Below, piece by piece: positions 9,067 through 18,084 of a DNA stretch of 64,000 nt. The stretch's first letter is position 1. Each line of letters begins with the position of its first letter. The DNA is taken from the NCBI GenBank assembly GCA_030647655.1, contig JAUSJH010000009.1:82196-146195 (forward strand), written 5' to 3'. The notes beneath the pieces were generated by a model. That model was not told the DNA's origin. It made no database searches and saw only the letters and a program-made list of their open reading frames with translations. The position numbers were made by a program, and so were the translations under genes. Origin of the DNA: a bacterium (GTDB lineage Bacteria; Patescibacteriota; Minisyncoccia; Phycocordibacterales; UBA2100).

Positions 9067-10203
9067 ATGGAACCATTAGCCTCCAAAATAAGGCCGAAAA
9101 ATGTGGACGAATTCGTCGGGCAGGTTCACCTCACAGGCGCGGGGAAGCCTCTCCGCGTTGCGATAGCGAAGAAAGAATTGTTCTCATTTATTTTATGGGG
9201 CCCGCCCGGCTCGGGCAAGACGACGCTCGCGCGTATCTACGCAAATGCGGTCGGCGCGGATTTCTACGAACTCTCGGCAGTCGACTCGGGCAAAGACGAT
9301 ATCAAGAAAATAATCGGCGGCCGACAGTTGAAACTCGGCGGCAAACCGAAAATCTTATTCGTCGACGAAATCCACCGTTTCAACAAAGCACAGCAGGATT
9401 TTCTTCTACCGTTCGTCGAGCGCGGCGAGCTCACGCTCATTGGTGCGACGACCGAGAACCCGAGTTTCGAGATAATTTCCCCACTCCTCTCGCGCTGCCG
9501 CGTGTTCGTGTTGAATGAACATTCGGAGAAAGAGATGGAAAAGATTATTACGCGCACAAAGATGAAAGTTCCAAAAGATGCGCTCGATTGGCTCATCAGG
9601 ATGGCTGGAGGCGATGCACGGCAAGCCATCACGACACTCGAAACTGCAGAAAAACTCTACGGCAAGATTACACTCGATACGCTCAAAGAAGCAATTCAAT
9701 CTAAACATCTCCGCTACGACAAAAAAGGAGAGGAACACTACAACACCATCTCGGCGTTCATTAAGAGCATGCGTGCATCGCAACCGGATGCCGCACTCTA
9801 CTATCTGGCGCGCATGGTGGATGCAGGAGAGGACCCCAAATTCATCGCGCGGCGCATGGTTATTTTTGCGAGCGAAGACATCGGCTTGGCACAACCAACC
9901 GCGCTCGTCGTTGCCAACGCGGTTTTCGAAGCTGTCAATAAGATCGGATATCCCGAAGCGACGATAAATCTCGCGCACGGCGTCGCGTACCTCGCGCAGT
10001 GCAAAAAAGACCGCCGCTCATACGACGCGGTCTTTGAAGCGCTCGACGATGTGAAAAAATTCGGCAACCTGCCGATACCGATGCGTGTACGCAATGCCCC
10101 GACGAAGCTTATGAAAGAACTCGGCTATCACAAAGGCTACAAGATGTACGACCAAGAATCCTATCTGCCGGAGAAACTTAAGAAAAAGAGATATCTCAAA
10201 TAG
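9067..10203 (+). CDS. rarA: replication-associated recombination protein A (AAA+ ATPase RarA/MgsA)
   Basis: Walker A GPPGSGKTTLA, Walker B ILFVDEIHRFNK, and the C-terminal MgsA helical domain. Start at MEPLASK. Confidence 0.9.
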   Translation: MEPLASKIRPKNVDEFVGQVHLTGAGKPLRVAIAKKELFSFILWGPPGSGKTTLARIYANAVGADFYELSAVDSGKDDIKKIIGGRQLKLGGKPKILFVDEIHRFNKAQQDFLLPFVERGELTLIGATTENPSFEIISPLLSRCRVFVLNEHSEKEMEKIITRTKMKVPKDALDWLIRMAGGDARQAITTLETAEKLYGKITLDTLKEAIQSKHLRYDKKGEEHYNTISAFIKSMRASQPDAALYYLARMVDAGEDPKFIARRMVIFASEDIGLAQPTALVVANAVFEAVNKIGYPEATINLAHGVAYLAQCKKDRRSYDAVFEALDDVKKFGNLPIPMRVRNAPTKLMKELGYHKGYKMYDQESYLPEKLKKKRYLK

Positions 10204-10220
10204 TCTGACAAACTAAAAAA

Positions 10221-10240
10221 CCTGCCTGCCGGTAGGCAGG
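10221..10240. terminator. palindromic hairpin CCTGCCTGCCGGTAGGCAGG flanked by A-run/T-run (bidirectional terminator-like); near-identical palindrome recurs at 58105-58124
   Basis: Inverted repeat seen directly, flanked by AAAAAA on the 5' side, 17 nt after the rarA stop. Confidence 0.5.
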
Positions 10241-10267
10241 GAAAAAGTATTTGAAATAAAAAAACAA

Positions 10268-10299
10268 ACGCGATTCGCCCACGAACTGGGGCGAATCGC
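10268..10299 (-). terminator. rho-independent terminator (12-13 bp GC-rich stem followed by T-run on minus strand)
   Basis: CGCGATTCGCCC-acgaact-GGGGCGAATCGCG followed on the minus strand by TTTGTTTTTTTATTT, immediately downstream of the minus-strand ORF 10317-10553. Confidence 0.65.
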
Positions 10300-10316
10300 G
10301 ATTTCGGCGGCCGAGC

Positions 10317-10553
10317 CTACTTCGTGCTGGCGCTGTGCCAGTCGATTTTCACAGGCTTCGGCGGAACTTGTTCGGCGTCGAAGACGGGTTGAGCGAGCAC
10401 ATTACTCGCCTCGCCTGGGGTGACGACCCGGAAGTGCGGTGGCCCCAGATCAACGGGATCGCAGGACTTGTCTTCGGGGGGCTTGGTGGTCTTTTGGACC
10501 ATGGGCTTCCTCGTTTGCGTGCAGGCAAAGAATGATTCTTTGCGTAGCAGCAT
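10317..10553 (-). CDS. hypothetical small protein
   Basis: 60-78 aa ORF between metA and a strong terminator. I recognise no family; the start is ambiguous. Confidence 0.35.
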   Translation of the reverse strand: MLLRKESFFACTQTRKPMVQKTTKPPEDKSCDPVDLGPPHFRVVTPGEASNVLAQPVFDAEQVPPKPVKIDWHSASTK

Positions 10554-10592
10554 TATGCCACTTGTTGGGAGATTATCAAGCTCGCCAAAGTC

Positions 10593-11519
10593 TTAGTCCA
10601 TCAAGGGCTTCTTCACATCCACGTTGGTCGTTTGGTAGACCCAGTTTATCCAGTTGGCATAAAATACCTGCCCGTTCGCTCCCCAATTCTTGAGCGGGGT
10701 TTTGGTCTCGTCGCCTTCCGGAAAATAATTTGTCGGGCGATTAATAGCGATACCTCCCGCCTTGTCGCGGAAATACTCTTCCGCGATATCATTGCGATAA
10801 TATTCTGGATGTCCCTGTACGTATATCTCGCGTCCCGAGCGGCCGACGATAAGATGGGGCCCGACCTTCTTGCTTTCGATAAGAATCTCAAAGTCTTTGT
10901 GTGCGGCGATATCTTTGAGCTCGACCCCGCGCCACCGTGAATGCGGAATAAATACCTCATCGTCCATCCCCGCCACAAATGGTGAGTTGGACTCATGGTG
11001 CACTTGATGCAGGAAAATGCCAAACTGTTTTGTTTTGTATTTGTGAGGAGCGATAGCGTACTGATAATACAGCTTTGCTTGTGATGCCCAACAGCTGAAG
11101 ATGGTGGAGGTAATACGCTCGCGCGCCCAGTCGAAGAATTTCGTGAGTTCTTTCCAGTAGTGCACATCCTCGAATGCCTGTTCTTCAAGATTTGCGCCCG
11201 TGATGATAAGCCCATCAAGGCCGCGCTCCTTCACTTCGTGAATGGTGCGATAGAACGCGTCGAAGTGGCCCTGCTTCGAGCGCGATTTATGCGTGTCGAA
11301 ATAGAGGAACGTGGGACGGATCTGGAGTGGCGAGTTTCCAAGCAGGCGCAAGAGCTGTACCTCGGTGCGCTCCACGGCCGCGCTCGGCATGAGATTCAGT
11401 ATTCCGATCTCTAAGGGGCGGATGTCTTGTTTCTCTGCGCGCTCGGTGGAGATCTCAAACACTTGTTCGCGCTTAAGAAACGCGAACGCGGGAAGTCTTT
11501 TGTCTATGATGAGCGCCAT
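10593..11519 (-). CDS. metA: homoserine O-acyltransferase (MetA family)
   Basis: MALIIDKRLPAFAFLKREQVF...RPLEIGILNLMPSAAVERTEVQLLRLLGNSPLQI is the MetA N-terminus, about 309 aa. The track ORF has an N-terminal extension to 11609. Confidence 0.85.
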   Translation of the reverse strand: MALIIDKRLPAFAFLKREQVFEISTERAEKQDIRPLEIGILNLMPSAAVERTEVQLLRLLGNSPLQIRPTFLYFDTHKSRSKQGHFDAFYRTIHEVKERGLDGLIITGANLEEQAFEDVHYWKELTKFFDWARERITSTIFSCWASQAKLYYQYAIAPHKYKTKQFGIFLHQVHHESNSPFVAGMDDEVFIPHSRWRGVELKDIAAHKDFEILIESKKVGPHLIVGRSGREIYVQGHPEYYRNDIAEEYFRDKAGGIAINRPTNYFPEGDETKTPLKNWGANGQVFYANWINWVYQTTNVDVKKPLMD

Positions 11520-11614
11520 AGGGGTTCTCTCAAAATACCACCTGAAGCCGCGACATCCAATGGTACAATTATTGTGCGACCCATCCTCCGCTAAAGCTTC
11601 GGAGGGCACAGCGT

Positions 11615-12529
11615 ATGGCCTCAGACTTGAAGGGACTTAAGACACAATTCCTCGAATACATCGAGATAGAAAAAGGCCGTAGTGTGAAAACGGTGGAGAA
11701 TTACGATCGCTATCTCAACCGATTTTTCACGTTTGCCAAAGCGAAGTCTACTGCCCAGATAACCGAAGCGATGGTGCGCGAATTTCGTATCACTTTGAAT
11801 CGCTCGAGTGGAGTTTCTGGCACGATGAAGAAGAACACCCAGAATTACCATCTCATCGCTCTGCGTGCATTTCTCAAATTTCTCCGCAAGCGCGATGTCG
11901 ATAGTCTCAACCCAGAGCGCATCGAACTCGCGAAGGTAGGTGGCCGCGATTTAGACCTCATCACCGCGGACGAACTCAACAGAATCATGAAAGCACCGGC
12001 GGGCGATGAGCTTCCGGCTCTGCGCGACCGCGCAATTTTGGAACTTTTCTTTTCTACGGGTCTGCGCGTCTCCGAATTGTGCGGGCTCAATCAAGATCTG
12101 GACCTCTCACGCGACGAATTTTCGGTGCGTGGCAAAGGCGAGAAGGTCCGCGTCGTGTTCCTCTCCCATTCTGCAAAAACGGCAGTTGCAGAATATATCA
12201 AGAAGCGAGGCGACATGAGCGAAGCGCTTTTTGTGAGCTATGGGAAAGGGAGCGCGAATAAAGGAAAAGATTTGCCGCGCATCACTCCCCGCTCCGTCGA
12301 GCGAATGGTGAAGCAATACGCAATCAAAGCCGGCATCACGCGCAAAGTTACGCCGCACGTCATCCGCCACAGCTTCGCAACCGACCTACTTGAGAACGGC
12401 GCAGACCTACGCTCCGTACAGGCGCTTCTTGGCCACGCCAACATCGCAACGACGCAAGTCTACACACACGTAACCGACAAACACTTGCGTGAAGTGCACC
12501 AAGCCTTCCACGGTAAACGCAGGAAGTAA
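11615..12529 (+). CDS. tyrosine site-specific recombinase, XerC/XerD family
   Basis: N-terminal SAM-like domain plus catalytic C-terminus with RHSFATDLLENGADLRSVQALLGHANIATTQVYTHV (R..HxxR..Y). Confidence 0.85.
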   Translation: MASDLKGLKTQFLEYIEIEKGRSVKTVENYDRYLNRFFTFAKAKSTAQITEAMVREFRITLNRSSGVSGTMKKNTQNYHLIALRAFLKFLRKRDVDSLNPERIELAKVGGRDLDLITADELNRIMKAPAGDELPALRDRAILELFFSTGLRVSELCGLNQDLDLSRDEFSVRGKGEKVRVVFLSHSAKTAVAEYIKKRGDMSEALFVSYGKGSANKGKDLPRITPRSVERMVKQYAIKAGITRKVTPHVIRHSFATDLLENGADLRSVQALLGHANIATTQVYTHVTDKHLREVHQAFHGKRRK

Positions 12530-12910
12530 TATTCCACTACTGGCGGACGAAGGTCGGAGTGATGTGGCGCGGATATCCTGTCTGCGCAGGCAGGCGGTTG
12601 ATGTGGAGGATGTTGGTATAGCGGGGTGTTTCGTGTTTGCGAGGCGTGAGCACACGATATGCCCCGGCTTGGTCATATCGCACGACATTGAATGTGCTCC
12701 ACTCTCGAGACCCACGTTCGCTCGGTGTTGAGAAGAGGGGCATCTGGTTTTCTGAGGCTTGATTTTTCATAGTTTTGTTTGTTATGCGACGGGAAGTTAC
12801 GCACCCTTCGCTGATTAATAAGACGATTACTTCCCTTTGCCATTACATCATCTACTAAGTGCCATGATGTTTGTATGAAACCTCATTAGCTCCTGTGCTA
12901 TCGTTCACGT

Positions 12911-13708
12911 ATGAAACTCGTGTCATGGAATGTAAATGGCATTCGAAGCGTCCATCGCAAAAATGCACTCGTGCCATTCCTCCAGCAAGTGAAACCGGAT
13001 ATCGCGTGCTTCCAAGAGACCAAGGCAGAGGAGCATCAGTCGGAGGTGGACCTGCCGGAATATGACGAATACTGGAATTCTTCGAAAGGCCGCAAAGGCT
13101 ATGCCGGTACGGCGATTTTCTCGAAAACCAAGCCTTTGAGCCTTATTTCCGGCTTTCCCGAAGAAATCCTCAAGAAGTACAAGCTCAAAGATGGTTACGG
13201 GGACCCAAATGAGGAAGGGCGGGTAATCACGGCAGAATACGAGGACTTTTATGTAGTGAATGTGTATACGCCCAACTCAAAACCAGACTTGAGTCGCCTT
13301 ACACTCCGGCATAAACACTGGGACCCTGCATTTCTGGCGTTCTGTAAACAATTAGAGAGGAAAAAGCCCGTTATTTTCTGCGGCGACCTAAATGTGGCGC
13401 ACATCCCAGATGATTTAGCCAATCCGAAGGCCAATGAGGGCAAACATGGTTTCACCAAAGAAGAGCGCGAAGGCGTTGATACAGTCATCAAGGCTGGATT
13501 CGTGGATACATTCCGTATTTTCACGAAGGGCAACGGGCATTACACATGGTGGAGCCACTTTGGGAACGCACGGGACAGGAACGTGGGCTGGAGAATAGAT
13601 TATTTCTTCGTAAGCAAAACGTTGGCTTCAAAGGTCCGCTCTGCCAAGATCTATCCCGAAGCATACGGATCCGACCACTGCCCTGTCTCGTTAGAGCTTG
13701 ATTTATAG
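12911..13708 (+). CDS. xth: exodeoxyribonuclease III (AP endonuclease, Xth family)
   Basis: MKLVSWNVNGIRS...CFQETK...FCGDLNVAHIPDD...SDHCPVSLEL. Confidence 0.9.
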   Translation: MKLVSWNVNGIRSVHRKNALVPFLQQVKPDIACFQETKAEEHQSEVDLPEYDEYWNSSKGRKGYAGTAIFSKTKPLSLISGFPEEILKKYKLKDGYGDPNEEGRVITAEYEDFYVVNVYTPNSKPDLSRLTLRHKHWDPAFLAFCKQLERKKPVIFCGDLNVAHIPDDLANPKANEGKHGFTKEEREGVDTVIKAGFVDTFRIFTKGNGHYTWWSHFGNARDRNVGWRIDYFFVSKTLASKVRSAKIYPEAYGSDHCPVSLELDL

Positions 13709-14033
13709 CCATCCGTCAGCTGGCGGATAAAAGACGTAGCGATATCCACAGGATGTCCTTTACAGTGTCCGATACGGCGCTATGCTTACCCGTGGCCGCT
13801 CTTTACTGTCTCTCGTAACTCTAATCAACGAGTAAATAGCGGTATAAGTACTCTCGCAAACTAAAATTACGGTTGCCTCTGCGGCCGATTGGATGCCTAC
13901 GTACTTGTCCAAGATTTTCTCAAGTTCTTTTGGAGGAACTGGGAGACGCACTAAAAGCCGCTTCACGGCGGCGATCCACAAAATAGAAACTGGGTCGCCT
14001 GGTGAGGCGGCTTTTTCTTTTTGTGACACCTTT

Positions 14034-15512
14034 TTACGATACGTGGTGTTTCTCTCGCAGTTTCTGAATGGCGGCTTCATCCTCTTCTTCGCGTCGGTCT
14101 TTCCCCGCCTCGCCGAGCTTGCGTAGTTCAGCATCATCAAATTTCATGAGTTCCGCCGCTCTCTCTTCAAGGTATTCTTCAGTGTTTTTTTGGGGCTCAT
14201 CGAGCACTTCCTCTAGGAGCGCATGCAATATCCAGCCGATACGAGGCCCCGGCTTTTCACCAAATTTAATCATCTTCGAGCCGTCGATTTTGAGCATGCC
14301 GACAGAAACTGCATCGCGCATCGCCTCATCCACCATCGACATGTATTTGCGGAGACGGAACGGATGCGCTTTGGGCCGACCGGTGCCGATGCGGTCGCAC
14401 ACACGCAAATTCAAAAGGTCGTTGATGTTTTCTTTTCCCACGCGCGCGATAACTCTTCTCACTGCCGAGAGGGTAACGACTTCCGGATCGGAGAAGAACA
14501 TGTGCGTACGCACAAGTGTTGCAACTTTATCTATCGTTTCCTTGGGAAATTTGAGATTAGCAAGAATTCTTTTTGCCATACGCGCAGAGACCACATCGTG
14601 CCCGTGGAATGTCCAATCTTTTTTCTCATCGGACCATACACGCGTTGCAGGCTTGCCCACATCGTGGAGCAGTGCGGCGAGCCGCACGTCGAGCGGCCAT
14701 TTTTTGTCTGCCGCGTGCTGTAGGCTCCGCATTAAATGTTCGAATACATCGAACGAGTGTGCCTGATTCTGCGCGCAGCCGATCCCCTCTTCCAATTCCG
14801 AGATGACGTACTTCACTAACCCAAGTTTTTGGGCGACATAAATGGCTTGCATAGGCCGATCACTTTCGAGAATGCGCACAAGTTCGTCGCGTACACGCTC
14901 GCGGGAGATTTTTTCGAGTTGTCTCGCTTGTGCCGCGATACCCTCTGCTGTGTGCGCCTCTATCACAAAATCGAGCTCGGCCGCGATGCGCACTGCACGG
15001 AGCATACGCAATGCATCCTCCTCAAATCGCTCATGCGGGTTACCTACCGTCTTTACGCGCTTAGCGGCGAGGTCTTCTTTTCCACCATGTTCGTCGATGA
15101 GTTTTGCCTGCACAGGATCATACGCCAGTGCATTGATAGTGAAATCCCTGCGCTTCAGGTCTTCGGAGAGATTTTCGCTGAAACGGACCTCGTCGGGATG
15201 CCGCGCGTTCGAGTACTTTCCCTCGACACGGTACGGCGTCACCTCGATGACCTTCAATCGCGGGTTTTCCGATTTAGTAACAACACCCACGGTCCCATAC
15301 GCGTTCTCATAGAATGTTTCCTCGAACAAGGATTGTATTTGTTCGGGCTTCGCGTTGGTCGTAATGTCCCAATCTTTCGGTTCTCGATCCAAGATGAGGT
15401 CGCGTACGCATCCGCCTACTAGATACGCCTCAAAGCCCGCAGTATGCAGTGTCGCGAACACATTCTGCACCTCCTCGGGGACTTTAAGTTGGACTGTTTT
15501 CATATCCTGCAT
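14034..15512 (-). CDS. cca: CCA-adding tRNA nucleotidyltransferase (class II, with HD domain)
   Basis: Motif GGCVRDLIL...DWDITT, RRDFTINALA, and an HD domain LLHDVGK. Confidence 0.85.
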   Translation of the reverse strand: MQDMKTVQLKVPEEVQNVFATLHTAGFEAYLVGGCVRDLILDREPKDWDITTNAKPEQIQSLFEETFYENAYGTVGVVTKSENPRLKVIEVTPYRVEGKYSNARHPDEVRFSENLSEDLKRRDFTINALAYDPVQAKLIDEHGGKEDLAAKRVKTVGNPHERFEEDALRMLRAVRIAAELDFVIEAHTAEGIAAQARQLEKISRERVRDELVRILESDRPMQAIYVAQKLGLVKYVISELEEGIGCAQNQAHSFDVFEHLMRSLQHAADKKWPLDVRLAALLHDVGKPATRVWSDEKKDWTFHGHDVVSARMAKRILANLKFPKETIDKVATLVRTHMFFSDPEVVTLSAVRRVIARVGKENINDLLNLRVCDRIGTGRPKAHPFRLRKYMSMVDEAMRDAVSVGMLKIDGSKMIKFGEKPGPRIGWILHALLEEVLDEPQKNTEEYLEERAAELMKFDDAELRKLGEAGKDRREEEDEAAIQKLREKHHVS

Positions 15513-15533
15513 TGTAGTGCATTATAGACCCAC

Positions 15534-15605
15534 GCTCCCGTGGTGAAACGGATATCACATCAGTCTTCGGAACTGACGTTCCAGGTTCGAATCCTGGCGG
15601 GAGCA
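15534..15605 (+). tRNA. tRNA-Arg (anticodon UCG), no encoded CCA
   Basis: Hand-folded cloverleaf. Acceptor GCTCCCG/CGGGAGC, D stem GTGA/TCAC, anticodon stem TCAGT/ACTGA with loop CTTCGGA, T arm CCAGG-TTCGAAT-CCTGG, discriminator A, then CAA. Confidence 0.85.
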
Positions 15606-15611
15606 CAAGGA

Positions 15612-15639
15612 CAGAAAAGCGAACTGCTTCGCTTTTCTG
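15612..15639. terminator. perfect 12-bp hairpin CAGAAAAGCGAA-ctgc-TTCGCTTTTCTG after tRNA-Arg
   Basis: Seen directly; A/T-rich stem with T-run, so terminator-like in both orientations. Confidence 0.5.
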
Positions 15640-15829
15640 CACACTTGTGCTGGGCGGAGCGATGACTCGCTAGCAAGCGAGGCCGCGAGCCGGGGTCGCG
15701 GAAATTCAATCGCGTCGGCGATTGGATTATCATGTGACCACATACATCTGTGCGGGGTAACGCCTCGCTCGATCGCGCGTCGTCTCTCGGAAAAGTAAAA
15801 GCAAGATTTTTATTTTCGCTCGTTCCTAG

Positions 15830-15900
15830 TGCGGGTACGGAGAATCGAACTCCGATCTCGTCCTTGGCAAGGACGCGTTCTACCATTAAACCATGCCCGC
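15830..15900 (-). tRNA. tRNA-Gly (anticodon GCC), no encoded CCA
   Basis: Reverse complement GCGGGCA-TG-GTTTAATGGTAGAAC-G-CGTCC-TTGCCAA-GGACG-AGAT-CGGAG-TTCGATT-CTCCG-TACCCGC-A, with one C:A mismatch in the acceptor stem. Confidence 0.8.
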
Positions 15901-15985
15901 ATACGCCCCGTTGAAGCGGGCGTCGCCATCAACAAAAGCAGTTTGTGGATTATACAATATCGGACTTCTGTAGCAACGAGGACGG

Positions 15986-17005
15986 CTAAATCTTTTTCAC
16001 CGGGTCTTGCTGAATAAGAAGAAGCTGGGTCACACGCGGATGATTCCAGAAGGCCGCGAGCAGTCCAAGGACAGCGATGAGGAAAGCGACGAGAGGCATC
16101 CAGAGCGCCGCACGGCACGAGGCAGATAGATACCAGAACGCGAGCAGAAGAAGCAAGAGAGCGAGAATGGCGGTTGCGATACGTTCCGGCGTGCGCGCCC
16201 ACGAGGCTGACATCGGGAATTCGGCCCAGAGCGCCGCGCCCACGACGAGTGCATAAAGGACAAGGAGAATGACCCAGAGACGGTAGGCACTCGTTTCTGA
16301 TGCGCACAGATTTTGGAGATTGCTCTGCATCGTGCCAACGACCGAACCCGTAGCGCTCGTAGCGGCAATAGGCTGAATCGGCTGAACAGGTGTTATCACA
16401 GGCGTGGGATTGAAAGGAGGTGTCGACGCTGTAGGAGCCTCTACTGGCTTCGTCGGAGTCGATGGTGCGGTCTGTGTAGGAACATTCTGCACAACGACTG
16501 GCCCTGACCCAACGCTCGTGGAGACAATACCCACACACACTGGTTGTCCGGTACGTGCAGAAAGCAGAGTTACTTTAAGGGGCACGGTACCCAAGATGCG
16601 TGTCGTCGGGATGTCTACGTGGATACGGACACTGCCTGCAGGGGCCGCCTGGCGTGTTATAAGGTTGAACGGTATGGACGTATTCCCTACTGATCCTAGA
16701 AGTGCTACATACGATGAGTCTGAAAGCGTGAACTCAAATGAATGGAGAGAACCGTCGTAAATATAGGGCGTAAAAGCAGTGGCAGATATAGGAGCGCAGG
16801 TATTACTGCCAGGTGGCAAAACCTGTGCTGTCTGGACAGAGATAGTGTCTGCCGATGCTCTGATTGGAAAGACGCTGAACGAAACGAGGAGAGCACTTGC
16901 CACGAGTACGAAAAGGAGCAACTGATTCAACCTATCGTGATACGCAATCTGAGCAACTTGTCCCATATGGTGGGAAAGGTAGTATACGAACGACCTTTGC
17001 GTCAA
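15986..17005 (-). CDS. hypothetical membrane protein (signal/TM, Pro/Thr-rich linker, C-terminal multi-TM domain)
   Basis: 339-aa ORF with an N-terminal hydrophobic segment, a PTxxP linker and 3-4 C-terminal TM helices. The start could be the internal Met at 16966. Confidence 0.5.
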   Translation of the reverse strand: MTQRSFVYYLSHHMGQVAQIAYHDRLNQLLLFVLVASALLVSFSVFPIRASADTISVQTAQVLPPGSNTCAPISATAFTPYIYDGSLHSFEFTLSDSSYVALLGSVGNTSIPFNLITRQAAPAGSVRIHVDIPTTRILGTVPLKVTLLSARTGQPVCVGIVSTSVGSGPVVVQNVPTQTAPSTPTKPVEAPTASTPPFNPTPVITPVQPIQPIAATSATGSVVGTMQSNLQNLCASETSAYRLWVILLVLYALVVGAALWAEFPMSASWARTPERIATAILALLLLLLAFWYLSASCRAALWMPLVAFLIAVLGLLAAFWNHPRVTQLLLIQQDPVKKI

Positions 17006-17441
17006 GGATAATCTGTGTTGTAAAGAATATTTTTTGTGAATGAAATCTCATGCAAACTCTAAAGGACATGTGCACACATCCACAATGTCCTTTTGCTTTT
17101 CAGAATTCAGTCTTGGAAATACGAATTAGAGTAAAGGTATTTTTCGGTGAGAACTGTGGACAACTCTGTGGACATGTGGATAAAGGACATAATATAGGAG
17201 GAGCTTTTGTCCGTTCGAAGTTCCGATATCAAGCTTTTGGGCCATACTCCAAACTTTTAAGCTTCGAACAGTAACGGACGGCGTCTGAGAGTATATGTTA
17301 CTTAAGAAACATATCGTGCACGTTTCGCGTGAACCCCATTGGATGCGCGAGGAAGGGCCTCACTTTATGAAGGCTTTTGCACCTTCGCATAGATTTATAG
17401 CTTCTAACAGGCTGAAAGTAGGCCTTTATATGCCTTATACT

Positions 17442-17831
17442 ATGAAGTATATGATCAATGACCCTTTGAGGAAGGAAGTCGGTCGCATCGGGGAAGATAT
17501 TGCAGCCCAATTTCTCCAACGGAAAGGTTTCAGGGTTATTACTAGAAATTACCGAAAGCCGTGGGGGGAGATCGACATAATCGCCGAGAAGGGGAATGTC
17601 GTCCGATTTGTCGAAGTAAAGGCAGTTTCACGTGAAAGCCCTGATTACCGGCCAGAGGAACTCGTGGACGCGAGAAAGCTTCGCAAGGTCTCCCGAACAG
17701 CGGCCTTGTATATGGAGACTACAAAAGATAGGCGTGAATATCAGATTGACGTTGTTGGAGTTATTTTGAACAAGGCGACAAGAACAGCCCGCTGTAGGTT
17801 ATTTGAGCAAGCATTGGAGGGCAATCTATAA
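17442..17831 (+). CDS. YraN-family (UPF0102) predicted endonuclease
   Basis: GEDIAAQFLQRKGFRVITRNYRKPWGEIDIIAEKGNVVRFVEVKA has the PD-(D/E)xK-like YraN signature. The upstream extension in the track (from 17295) is probably not coding. Confidence 0.65.
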   Translation: MKYMINDPLRKEVGRIGEDIAAQFLQRKGFRVITRNYRKPWGEIDIIAEKGNVVRFVEVKAVSRESPDYRPEELVDARKLRKVSRTAALYMETTKDRREYQIDVVGVILNKATRTARCRLFEQALEGNL

Positions 17832-17900
17832 AGGACGTTCACCAACTGACGGATGTCCGATAGGATGTCCTTTATAATCTATGATAATATGCACTGTTCT

Positions 17901-17974
17901 CGGGGCGTAGTATACCGGTAGTACGCCTGCTTTGGGAGCAGGTAGACCGAGTCCGATTCTCGGCGCCCCGACCA
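17901..17974 (+). tRNA. tRNA-Pro (anticodon UGG), CCA encoded
   Basis: CGGGGCG-TA-GTATACCGGTAGTAC-G-CCTGC-TTTGGGA-GCAGG-TAGA-CCGAG-TCCGATT-CTCGG-CGCCCCG-A-CCA, with G37 as expected for Pro. A TATAAT box lies 23 nt upstream. Confidence 0.8.
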
Positions 17975-18084
17975 TGTGGCTTACTTTTGCGCTGGCGAGT
18001 GCGCTCTTGCCTGCGATGCGGCGTATCTATGAGGACGCTCTTCACACTCGGCACACTCTTTCGCGCTGTCGGATAGAAAGAAAA

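Noticed and set aside
12537-12770. 77-aa minus-strand ORF convergent on the xerC/D stop
   Set aside because: No Shine-Dalgarno (AACAAAACT upstream) and no recognisable family. Left uncalled; could be re-examined with expression data.
13760-14140. 126-aa minus-strand ORF 13760-14140
   Set aside because: Its start overlaps the 3' end of cca by about 100 nt, it has no RBS, and it is low-complexity. Region treated as non-coding.
15555-16538. ORFs 15555-15743, 15560-15886 and 15810-16538 on the minus strand
   Set aside because: They run through tRNA-Arg, a terminator hairpin and tRNA-Gly(GCC). RNA genes and intergenic structure explain the region.
17872-18054. Minus-strand ORF 17872-18054
   Set aside because: Antisense to tRNA-Pro(UGG).
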